Origin: Candidatus Spongiisociaceae bacterium
GTDB taxonomy: Bacteria; Actinomycetota; Acidimicrobiia; Spongiisociales; Spongiisociaceae
DNA: 64,000 nucleotides
Direction: 5' to 3'
Assembly (NCBI GenBank): GCA_965262915.1
Contig: OZ253564.1
Span: 4,064,001 to 4,128,000, forward strand
In this document: in pieces, positions 29,173 through 37,373 of the stretch
Position numbering within the stretch: position 1 is the first letter of the stretch
How the letters are laid out: each line of letters opens with the position of its first letter
Position numbers and translations under genes: made by a program
The notes under the pieces: generated by a model
The model's input: the letters and a program-made list of their open reading frames with translations, nothing else
Database searches by the model: none
Told to the model about the DNA's origin: nothing

Positions 29173-31548
29173 CTAGCCACCGGCTTGGTCGATGAGCGTC
29201 CACAGCCGGCTCGGAGTGACCGGCGTCCGGTCCACCTCGACGCCGAGGTGGGAGAGTGCGTCGCCCACCGCGTTGGCCAGCGCCGCAGCGGCCGGGAAGC
29301 ACCCCGACTCTCCCATCCCCTTGAAACCGCCCTCGGTGTGGGGCGAGGGGGTCACCAGATGATGGATCTCGAAGTCGGGCAGGTCGGTGAAGGACGGCAA
29401 CAGGTAGTCCATCAGGGACGACGAGAGGAGCTGTCCCGTCTCGTCGTCGTAGACGAACTCCTCGAGGATCGCACCGCCGAGACCCTGAGCGAGCGCGCCG
29501 TGTATCTGGCCCTCGACCAGCAGCGGGTTGATGACGGTGCCGCAGTCGTCCACGACCACGTACTTGACCCAGTCGATCTTGCCGGTGTCGATGTCGACGT
29601 CCACCACCGCCACGTGGGTGCCGTACGCAGTGGTGAAGTTGGCCGGGTCGTAGACGTAGGTGGCTTCGAGACCGGGCTGGTCTCCCTCCGGGATGCGGTG
29701 AGCCCAATAGGCCTGCTGGGCGACCTCGGCGAGGGTAAGAGACCGCATCTCCTCGGCGCCCTTGACCGATATCCGGCCGTCGCTGTAGCCGACATCCTCC
29801 GGGTCGGCCTCGAGCAGACTGGCCCCGATGCGGACCGCCTTCGCCTTGATCTCCTCGACGGCCTTGATGACGGCCACCGCCGCGACGTTCGACCGGCTCC
29901 CGGCCGAACCGAAGCCCGTATACGGGGTCTGGTCCGTGTCTCCCCAGACCACCCGCACGTTGGAGATGTCGATCTCCAGGTGCTCGGCGGCTACCTGAGC
30001 CAGGGTGGTCTCGGTGCCCTGACCGATGGGGATCATCCCCGTGTACAGGGTTGCCCTTCCGTGGGGATCGATCTTGACCGTCGAGCCCTCGTAACCCCCG
30101 GTGTAGTAGTCGAGGAAACCCAGGATGGCCGAAGGCCCGAACCCGGACACGTGGATGTAGGAGCCGATACCGACCCCCCGGTATATCCCCTGCTCCCGCA
30201 GGCTCTGCTGTTCCTCGCGCAACTCGTCGTACCCGACCGCGTCGAGGGCCTTGGCCAGCGCTTCCGGGTAGTTCCCGCTGTCGTACACCGCGCCGCCCGG
30301 ACTGAAGTACGGGAACTCGTCGGCCCCGATCATGTTCCGCCGCCGCAGTTCGGCGGGGTCGATGCCGAGCCGGCGGGCCGTCTTGTCGACCATCCGCTCG
30401 ATACCGAACATCCCCTCCGGACCGCCGAAGCCGCGGAACGTGCTGTTGGGGGTCTTGTTGGTGGCGACGCCCACCACGTCGCAGTGGTAGTTGGCGATCT
30501 TGTACTGGTTGACGGCCGAGGCGCCGGTGACCCAGGCGGGACCTATACCGACGCTGTGGAGGTGGGCACCCTGATCGCTGAGGACCCGTCCCTTCAGACC
30601 GAGAATGGTCCCGTCGGAGCGGGCGGCCAGCTGCCACTCCTGGACCTGCTCCCGGCCGTGTACGGTGGCCCGCAGGGCTTCCCGCCGATCCTCGATCCAC
30701 TTCACAGGACGGTCGAGCTTCATGGCGGCCAACGAAACGAGGATGTCCTCGGGGTAGCGATCCCACTTGTTGCCGAACGCCCCGCCGATGTTCGGCGTGA
30801 GTATCCGGACCGATGTCTCGGGTATGCCGAGGGCCGCGGCAAGCTCCGTGCGCAGCAGGCTCGCCACCTGGCTCTCCGAGTGGAGGGTGAGCGCCTGGCG
30901 GAGGTAGTCCCATTCGGCCACCAGACCTCGAGTCTCCAGCGGAACGCCCGAGTAGCGGCCTATATGGAAGCGTCCGGAGACGATCTCATCAGCCTCCTCG
31001 AAGGCCCCGTCGATGTCCCCCGCCACCCCCAGCGCGTTGATCCCGGGGAAGGTGTACTCGATGATGGCGTTGTCGCCCATGTGCTCGTTGATCACCGGCG
31101 CGCCGTCCTCGAGAGCGGCCTCCACATCCACGACGTGGTCGAGCACCTCGTAGTCCACATCTATCAGATCGAGGGCGTCCTCGGCGATGTACCGGGAGTC
31201 GGCCACCACGGCCGCCACCGGTTCGCCCACGTACCTGGCCTTGCCGGGCGCCAGGGCAGGAGTGTTGGTCTCCTTCTGTCCGGGCAGCCGCCAGATGGTC
31301 GGGAACGCCCCGATGCCTGCGAGGTCGTCGGCTGTCAGTACGCAGTGGACTCCGTCGAGAGCCTCGGCCGCCGACGGGTCGATCCCGTCGATGCGGGCGT
31401 GGGCGAAGGGACTGCGGAGGATGGCCATGTGGAGGGTGCCCGCCGGCTCGATATCGGCGATGAAGCGGCCCCGGCCACGGATGAGGGGGGCGTCCTCCCT
31501 GCGCGGCGCCGAAACCCCGATCCACCGAGTCTCCTGCGTCGTGGTCAT
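29173..31548 (-). CDS. Molybdopterin-binding large subunit, xanthine dehydrogenase/CoxL family (not CO dehydrogenase)
   Basis: RREDAPLIRGRGRFIADI, IGGAFGNK, TFRGFG, DDCGTVINP, KGMGESG. Confidence 0.92.
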   Translation of the reverse strand: MTTTQETRWIGVSAPRREDAPLIRGRGRFIADIEPAGTLHMAILRSPFAHARIDGIDPSAAEALDGVHCVLTADDLAGIGAFPTIWRLPGQKETNTPALAPGKARYVGEPVAAVVADSRYIAEDALDLIDVDYEVLDHVVDVEAALEDGAPVINEHMGDNAIIEYTFPGINALGVAGDIDGAFEEADEIVSGRFHIGRYSGVPLETRGLVAEWDYLRQALTLHSESQVASLLRTELAAALGIPETSVRILTPNIGGAFGNKWDRYPEDILVSLAAMKLDRPVKWIEDRREALRATVHGREQVQEWQLAARSDGTILGLKGRVLSDQGAHLHSVGIGPAWVTGASAVNQYKIANYHCDVVGVATNKTPNSTFRGFGGPEGMFGIERMVDKTARRLGIDPAELRRRNMIGADEFPYFSPGGAVYDSGNYPEALAKALDAVGYDELREEQQSLREQGIYRGVGIGSYIHVSGFGPSAILGFLDYYTGGYEGSTVKIDPHGRATLYTGMIPIGQGTETTLAQVAAEHLEIDISNVRVVWGDTDQTPYTGFGSAGSRSNVAAVAVIKAVEEIKAKAVRIGASLLEADPEDVGYSDGRISVKGAEEMRSLTLAEVAQQAYWAHRIPEGDQPGLEATYVYDPANFTTAYGTHVAVVDVDIDTGKIDWVKYVVVDDCGTVINPLLVEGQIHGALAQGLGGAILEEFVYDDETGQLLSSSLMDYLLPSFTDLPDFEIHHLVTPSPHTEGGFKGMGESGCFPAAAALANAVGDALSHLGVEVDRTPVTPSRLWTLIDQAGG

Positions 31549-32036
31549 GTGCTCACCCCTTCCTTGGACATCTCGGCGGCGGCGGCCTGAATCGACTCGA
31601 CGATCTTCTGGTAGCCGGTGCACCGGCAGATGTTGCCGCCCATCTCTTCTCGTATCTGCTGCCGGCTCGGGTCCGGGTTACGCGACAGGACGTCGATACC
31701 GGCCAGGATCATCCCCGGAGTGCAAAACCCGCACTGCAGACCGTGGTACTCGGAGAAGGCCCGCTGCATGGGGTGCAGCGCGTCGCCGTCGCCTATCCCC
31801 TCGATCGTGGTGATCTCGGCACCCTCGGCCTGTACGGCGAAGAGCAGGCAGGACCTGACCACCTCCCCGTCGAAGAGGACCGTGCATGCTCCGCACACGC
31901 CATGCTCGCAACCGAGATGGGTTCCCGTGAGTCGCAGATCCTCGCGGATCGCATCGGCCAGCGTCTTGCGCGGTTCGACCGAAATCGTCCTGCTAGTGCC
32001 GTTGACGTTGAGTACGACGCTCCTCGTTTCAGCCAT
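31545..32036 (-). CDS. [2Fe-2S] small subunit (CoxS-like)
   Basis: GCEHGVCGACT, QCGFCTPG, GNICRCTGY. Confidence 0.93.
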   Translation of the reverse strand: MAETRSVVLNVNGTSRTISVEPRKTLADAIREDLRLTGTHLGCEHGVCGACTVLFDGEVVRSCLLFAVQAEGAEITTIEGIGDGDALHPMQRAFSEYHGLQCGFCTPGMILAGIDVLSRNPDPSRQQIREEMGGNICRCTGYQKIVESIQAAAAEMSKEGVST

Positions 32037-32901
32037 TTTCGCCTCCTGCATTGCTAGCCGCCTCCGCCAAGGCCCGCATGGTCAACACCTTGATGAGGTG
32101 ACGCCGGTACTCGCCCGACCCGTGTATGTCGGACGTGGTCGGAAACTCGGCGGCGGCGCCGTCTCCGGCCGCCGCGAACGCGGCCGCGCCCGCCGCCGCA
32201 CCCACCAGTGCGGCCTCCGCGGCTGGCAGGCGGGTGGCATGGGTACCGCCGAAGGCCGCCAGGGACGCCTCCCGGACGGTCGAGCCGTCCACCGATATCA
32301 CGGCTGCCACCCCGGCGAGGGCGAAGTCACCGTGGCGGCGAGCGAACTCCTGGAATCCGAAACCGCTCGACGCCCGTGCCGCCGGGATACGGATCTCGGT
32401 CAGCAACTCGGTGTCGCCCAGGGTTGTGTCGAAGAGCAGATCCCCGATGAGGTCCCCAGCGCCGATGACCCGCTCGCCATCGGTCGAGGCAGCGGTCACT
32501 TCGGCGTCGAGGGCCATCAGGAGGGCCGGAATCTCAGCCGCCGGATCGTTGTGCGCCAGCGAGCCGCCGATCGTGCCCCGGTTCCGGATCGCTCTGTGCC
32601 CGATATAGGAGACAGCCTCGGGGATGATCGGCTGGGCCGATGCGACCTCGTCCGATTCCTGAACAGCGGTCAGGCGGGTGAGGGCACCGATACGCAACGA
32701 TCCGTTGGCCGAGACATACGACAACGAATCTATCCCGTTGATGTCTATCAAATGCGCAGGTCTGGCCAGCCTGAAGTTGAGCATCGGAACCAGGCTCTGC
32801 CCGCCGGCGAGGACTTTCGCCTCGGACCCGTGCTCGGCCAGAAGCCCCAGTGCCTCCGCAACATTTTCCGGCGCCGAATAATTGAAGACCGCTGGTTTCA
32901 C
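32029..32901 (-). CDS. FAD-binding medium subunit (CoxM-like)
   Basis: MKPAVFNY, LAGGQSL, IRNRGTIGGSLAHNDPAAE, RRHGDFA, DIHGSGEYR. Confidence 0.93.
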   Translation of the reverse strand: MKPAVFNYSAPENVAEALGLLAEHGSEAKVLAGGQSLVPMLNFRLARPAHLIDINGIDSLSYVSANGSLRIGALTRLTAVQESDEVASAQPIIPEAVSYIGHRAIRNRGTIGGSLAHNDPAAEIPALLMALDAEVTAASTDGERVIGAGDLIGDLLFDTTLGDTELLTEIRIPAARASSGFGFQEFARRHGDFALAGVAAVISVDGSTVREASLAAFGGTHATRLPAAEAALVGAAAGAAAFAAAGDGAAAEFPTTSDIHGSGEYRRHLIKVLTMRALAEAASNAGGENG

Positions 32902-33035
32902 TGGCGGCTCACCTCCCGCGCGACGGGGATCGGTTAAGGACCCTTGGGTCTACCGCCGCCCGATGCATACTAGACATCTGCCCGTCCATGGTCAGTTAAC
33001 CGCCCTCAAAGCGCGTGCCACCATGCCGAGAAGGG

Positions 33036-33069
33036 CCGTATATACGCTATAGTCCCAATAGATATACGG
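33036..33069 (+). promoter_or_regulatory. vapBC promoter/operator
   Basis: Palindrome CGTATATACG (33037-33046), inverted repeat CCGTATAT/ATATACGG (33036-33043, 33062-33069), -10 TATAGT (33048-33053). Confidence 0.6.
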
Positions 33070-33095
33070 ATGGAAGTCGAGTGGGAGACGACAAG

Positions 33096-33305
33096 GTGAC
33101 AAAGCGACTGGTGGACATTGACGACGACCTCCTCGAGGAGGCAACCGAGATTCTCGGTACGAGCACCATGAAGGAGACCGTCAACGAGGCGCTGTCCGAG
33201 GTACGTCGAGCCGAGTTACGGCGCCAACTCGTTCTCCAGTTGTCCACGATGGAGGGCCTCGACCTCGACAACGACGAGGTGATGGCAAGAGCCTGGCGGC
33301 GGTGA
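33096..33305 (+). CDS. vapB: VapB antitoxin
   Basis: KRLVDIDDDLLEEATEILGTSTMKETVNEAL; GTGA overlap with PIN gene. Confidence 0.88.
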   Translation: MTKRLVDIDDDLLEEATEILGTSTMKETVNEALSEVRRAELRRQLVLQLSTMEGLDLDNDEVMARAWRR

Positions 33306-33712
33306 CCGCCAGGTACCTGGCCGACAAGAGCGCACTGGCCAGAATCCTGGTCCCCGTCGTCGGGGAGCGTTTGGGTTACTTGGTCCAAGCCGGTCAGGTG
33401 GCGACATGCGCCATCATCGATCTCGAAGTCCTGTACAGCGCCAGGAACTTGGCCGATTACGAGGGGACCCGGGCGCGACTGGGTTCTCTGGCCGATGTGC
33501 CCATCACCCCACAGATCATGCGTCGAGCGCTCTCCGTACAGCACCGGCTGGCTCGGACGGGACACCACCGCTTGGCCATCGCCGATCTGATCATCGCCGC
33601 AGCCGCGGAGTCGGCCGATCTCTCCGTCCTCCACTACGACGCGGACTTCGAGCGTATCTCCGCGGTTACGGGACAGCCTCACGAGTGGGTTGCACCACGC
33701 GGGTCCTTGTAG
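33302..33712 (+). CDS. vapC: VapC PIN-domain toxin
   Basis: YLADKSA, LEVLYSAR, ADLIIAAAAE, LHYDADF. Confidence 0.92.
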   Translation: MTARYLADKSALARILVPVVGERLGYLVQAGQVATCAIIDLEVLYSARNLADYEGTRARLGSLADVPITPQIMRRALSVQHRLARTGHHRLAIADLIIAAAAESADLSVLHYDADFERISAVTGQPHEWVAPRGSL

Positions 33713-34261
33713 GGCTTCACGGAAGCGACTTGCAGCCAGGCCGACTCGATCCGTTCCCGCATCTCGGACGGGCTTCTCGGGCGGCGGTCATCGATGGGGA
33801 AGGCTTGCGCAATCGTGTTGAAGGCTTCCCCCGGCCCGGGTGTTGCCGCTTCCTGCCCTTCCTCCGGGAGATCGCCGAACCATGGTGACGTTTCCGAACA
33901 TGATCCAGACTCGATGAGCCTTCCGATCGCCGACGGCCTGCTGGTGGTGGTCAAGAGGACTGCGAGACCTGCCGCCTTGTCAAGCTGAACGCTCGAACCG
34001 TGTCTGGCAGCCGATTAGGCGAAACGCGGATCGTGGATCCGCACGATGTTTTGATCTTGAGACTCCGGAGAGAGGCGATGCGACGGATCTAGGAGGAACT
34101 TCCTGACGAAAACCGAGTACTGTTCAATGGTCTATCACTGTTCGCGACACCAATCAACTCTTCACCCATCTGCTGCTATACGAACCACGGTGAAATAACT
34201 CGGTCTTCTCTACTACAGCACCCTCTCTCAAGGGACAGTAGAACCTCGCCGAACACCCTCA

Positions 34262-35941
34262 CTAGAGCTGTACCTTAACGCCACCAGAGAGAAATGAGTC
34301 GTGGAGTTCAAGTAGAGTTCCAAATCCTTCTTCAGGAAAGTCGTCGGGGACATCAAATAGTATAGTAGTCTCAATCTTTAGACCTGGGTTCAACTCTATG
34401 TGGTCATCAGCGCTCCAAGTGAATCCCTCAGCAGGGTATCTTCGGCTACCCCAGATCAAGTCTTGATCATCACTAGAAAAGGTTTTAGGTACATCACCGA
34501 TATTCTTTACGGTAAGGTGAACAACGAACCAGGTACCTACGGCTTCATCAGTGAAGGAACCTGAACTGTACTTTCGACCCGGTTGTTCAACTCCGGTAAT
34601 ACTGAACTCAAATTTGCCATCACGCACAGGGACCGACCGCCTAGCGCGATGTTGCTCAATCAGCCTCTTACGTTCAGACTCGGCACAGCCCCTAACTGCC
34701 GTTTCAAGTCTCGTCTGGGTAGTGACTGCTCCCCACTCAGGATCCCACGTAACGATTGAGCTAACGGATCTGTCGAGCCGCTCAACCGCAATCGCACATG
34801 CCCGCTTGATTTCAGCATCCACAGCAGCTTCAAGCTCCGCCCTGACCAACCTGGCGCGTTCAGGCCCCGCGCACTCCTCCGCGGCCTGTTCTAGTTCACG
34901 TAGGGTTGTGACTGCTTCCCAGTCGGTCTTCCACTGAACGATTTCACTGACCGGTCGATCGTACTGCGCAACCGCTATCGCACATGCGCGCTCCATCTCA
35001 GCATCTACAGCGGCCTGTAATTCCTCCCTGATCAAGCGACTGCGTTCGGGCCCCGCGCACTCCTCCACCGCTTCTGTCAGCTCAGGCTGGGTTAGAATTG
35101 AGGCCCATGTGTAGTGCCACCGAACAATCGAACCCACTGATTGATGGTATCGATCTATCGCCGCAGCACATGCTCGCTCGATCTCAGCATCCACCGCAGC
35201 CGATAGTTCTGCACGACGCTGCTCGGCAAGCCTCTCACGTTCGGGAGATGCGCACCGTTCAACTGCCCTTTCCAGCTGGGTACGGGTTGTGATCGGTTCC
35301 CACTCTGGCTGCCAACTCACGATGTCGGCAACCGGCATCTCGTAAGTCTCTGGAGCGGATGCGACTGCACATGCCCGATCAATCTCCCCATCAATAGCCG
35401 CCTGGAGATCCGCCCTTATCTCCTCATCGTATTTGCTCAACAGGTATTGAACCTGCTCTTGGGCCTCTTGGGATAAGGCGCTTGTCCTCTGGAGTTCGCT
35501 CTCGAGGTCGGTGATTCGGACATCCTGCTCGCGGCGCTGAGCAAGGAGTTCATCACGCTCAGCCTCGACTGCCGCCAAGCGCAGCCCGAGCCCATCGCGC
35601 TCCGAGGAAACAGCAGCGAGACTTCCTTCAAGCTCATCACGCTCCGCGGAAACGTGAGCCAATTCCTCTTTCAACACTCGAACGTCCTGTTGAAGCCGGT
35701 CACGCTTGGCCCCCGCAGCATCCAAGCCCGTCCTAAGCTCATCACGCTCCGCGGAGACGGACGCCAACTCCGTTTCGACACGACGAACGTCCTGTTGAAG
35801 CCGGTCACGCTCGCGCGTAACCGAAGCAAGTTCGGCTTCTCTCGCGACCGCGGAGCCCGGCTCGTCGGCTTCGGATCCTGAGCATGCAGTCATGAGCAGC
35901 AACACAGCAAGGCCGGTTACGACACCGCGGAGAAGAGTCAT
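34262..35941 (-). CDS. Lipoprotein: coiled coil, four ~62-aa Cys/Trp repeats, C-terminal DUF4352-like domain
   Basis: Lipobox LMTAC; heptad ERDELxxxLAAV repeats; four AAVDAEIxRAC...W...W...CAxxER units; VRDGKFEFSI...LTVKNIGD...LNPG...LFDVP. Confidence 0.8.
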   Translation of the reverse strand: MTLLRGVVTGLAVLLLMTACSGSEADEPGSAVAREAELASVTRERDRLQQDVRRVETELASVSAERDELRTGLDAAGAKRDRLQQDVRVLKEELAHVSAERDELEGSLAAVSSERDGLGLRLAAVEAERDELLAQRREQDVRITDLESELQRTSALSQEAQEQVQYLLSKYDEEIRADLQAAIDGEIDRACAVASAPETYEMPVADIVSWQPEWEPITTRTQLERAVERCASPERERLAEQRRAELSAAVDAEIERACAAAIDRYHQSVGSIVRWHYTWASILTQPELTEAVEECAGPERSRLIREELQAAVDAEMERACAIAVAQYDRPVSEIVQWKTDWEAVTTLRELEQAAEECAGPERARLVRAELEAAVDAEIKRACAIAVERLDRSVSSIVTWDPEWGAVTTQTRLETAVRGCAESERKRLIEQHRARRSVPVRDGKFEFSITGVEQPGRKYSSGSFTDEAVGTWFVVHLTVKNIGDVPKTFSSDDQDLIWGSRRYPAEGFTWSADDHIELNPGLKIETTILFDVPDDFPEEGFGTLLELHDSFLSGGVKVQL

Positions 35942-36042
35942 ATCCGTGCAGTCTAGACATTCTGATGCTCTCGATAATTCGCTGAACATGGCCTTTTGAC
36001 TGACCCGGGTGGTCACCGCCCACACGGCTGGCGGCTCCGGGT

Positions 36043-36936
36043 TCAGCGGCTGCTGAGGGTGATGAGGATGACTCCGAGGACGGTGAGGGCGGCGCCCGTC
36101 ACGATCTTCCACGTCAACCTCTCCAGGTCCCTCAGGAAGAGGGCCGACAGCAGGACCACGATCAGAGGTTGGGCCATGATGATGGGACCGACGACCGATA
36201 CGTCACCGGCTTCCAGCGCCCGGAACACGGACAGCACGCCCAACCCCGCCAGTACCCCGGTCACCAGGAACCACTGCCATCCGGGCCCGAGCTTCGCGAG
36301 GCGGCGGATCCGGGGCGCGGACGCTACGACGACCGCCCAGATCAACAGCACCGATACATTTCCCACCAAGGCACCGAACGGCGCGGAAGGAGTAGCGGCC
36401 ATACCGAGCTTGCGTACGATATCGGAGGACGCGAACGACAGGCCCCCGACCACGGGCAGCAGGTAGGCCCAGCTCCACCGCCGAGCGACATGGCCGGTCA
36501 CAAGGGTGCCGCCAAACTGCTTGTCTCCACCCACGAGGGCCCATATCCCGGCGACGATGGCCCCCGCTCCGGCCACGCGCCAACCGGTGACGACCTCCGA
36601 GAACATGACCATCCCTCCGATCAGCGCCAGCACCGGGTAGGTGGCGGTCTGGATGGGCGTAGCCGTCGAAGGCCCGAGGCGCGCGACGGCCAGGATGAAC
36701 GAGGTCCGTCCCAGCCCTTCACCGATGATCCCCGCCGCGACGAAGAGCCCTACCGCTCGCAGCGATACGCTCTCCGGCATGTCCAATGCCATGAAGATCA
36801 ACATCACCACCGCACCGATCGGGAGGGACACCAGTAGTGCGGTAACGATGCTGTTGCCCTGAACTCCCCGCTTCGCGGTGATACCGAGGGCCGCGAAGCA
36901 GCAGGCCGCACCTAGAGCGAACAGTACGGGCATCAC
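36043..36936 (-). CDS. DMT/EamA-family transporter
   Basis: About 10 TM segments in two repeats; GDVSVVGPI...LFLRDLE. Confidence 0.88.
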   Translation of the reverse strand: MMPVLFALGAACCFAALGITAKRGVQGNSIVTALLVSLPIGAVVMLIFMALDMPESVSLRAVGLFVAAGIIGEGLGRTSFILAVARLGPSTATPIQTATYPVLALIGGMVMFSEVVTGWRVAGAGAIVAGIWALVGGDKQFGGTLVTGHVARRWSWAYLLPVVGGLSFASSDIVRKLGMAATPSAPFGALVGNVSVLLIWAVVVASAPRIRRLAKLGPGWQWFLVTGVLAGLGVLSVFRALEAGDVSVVGPIIMAQPLIVVLLSALFLRDLERLTWKIVTGAALTVLGVILITLSSR

Positions 36937-37093
36937 ACCTTCCCCGATGCTGACCGAACTCCCGGTGTAGGACCGCCGGAGCGTTCAGTGTCTCCCGCTC
37001 GAACGGCGCAGGCCGGTCGAACACCGGTAGCCGGTTGGCGGTGGAAAGCGGCCGGTGGCCAGTGGCCGGAGCTCTCGGCGGGTGCCAATCTCC

Positions 37094-37310
37094 CTACTCG
37101 CTGTCCTTGTGGTCCTGGCCCGAGCCTCCCGTGCCCCCACGTGACAGGTACAGCCAGGTTTCGACCACGGTGTCGGGGTTGAGGGAGATGCTCTCGAGGC
37201 CGATCTCGACCAGCCACTCAGCGAAATCAGGATAGTCGGAGGGTTCCTGATCGCAGATCCCGATGTAGTTGCCCGCATCGCGGCACGCACGGATCAGCCC
37301 GGTCACCGCC
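37094..37310 (-). pseudogene. ppsA: Isolated C-terminal remnant of phosphoenolpyruvate synthase
   Basis: IRACRDAGNYIGICDQEPSDYPDFAEWLVEIGLESISLNPDTVVETW matches the PpsA C-terminus (YVGICGQGPSD...SLSLNPDTV); no upstream part present. Confidence 0.8.
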
Positions 37311-37373
37311 CCGCCCCCGGGACGTCCGATCCCGCGATCGGACGCCGATGGGATCGGCCGCGCCGCAACTCCG

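Noticed and set aside
4124-31548. Aerobic CO dehydrogenase (coxMSL with coxDE nearby)
   Set aside because: The large subunits have AYRGFG and TFRGFG, not form I AYxCSFR or form II AYxGAGR
33679-34260. Short ORFs downstream of vapC
   Set aside because: No motif, overlap vapC, no RBS or promoter support
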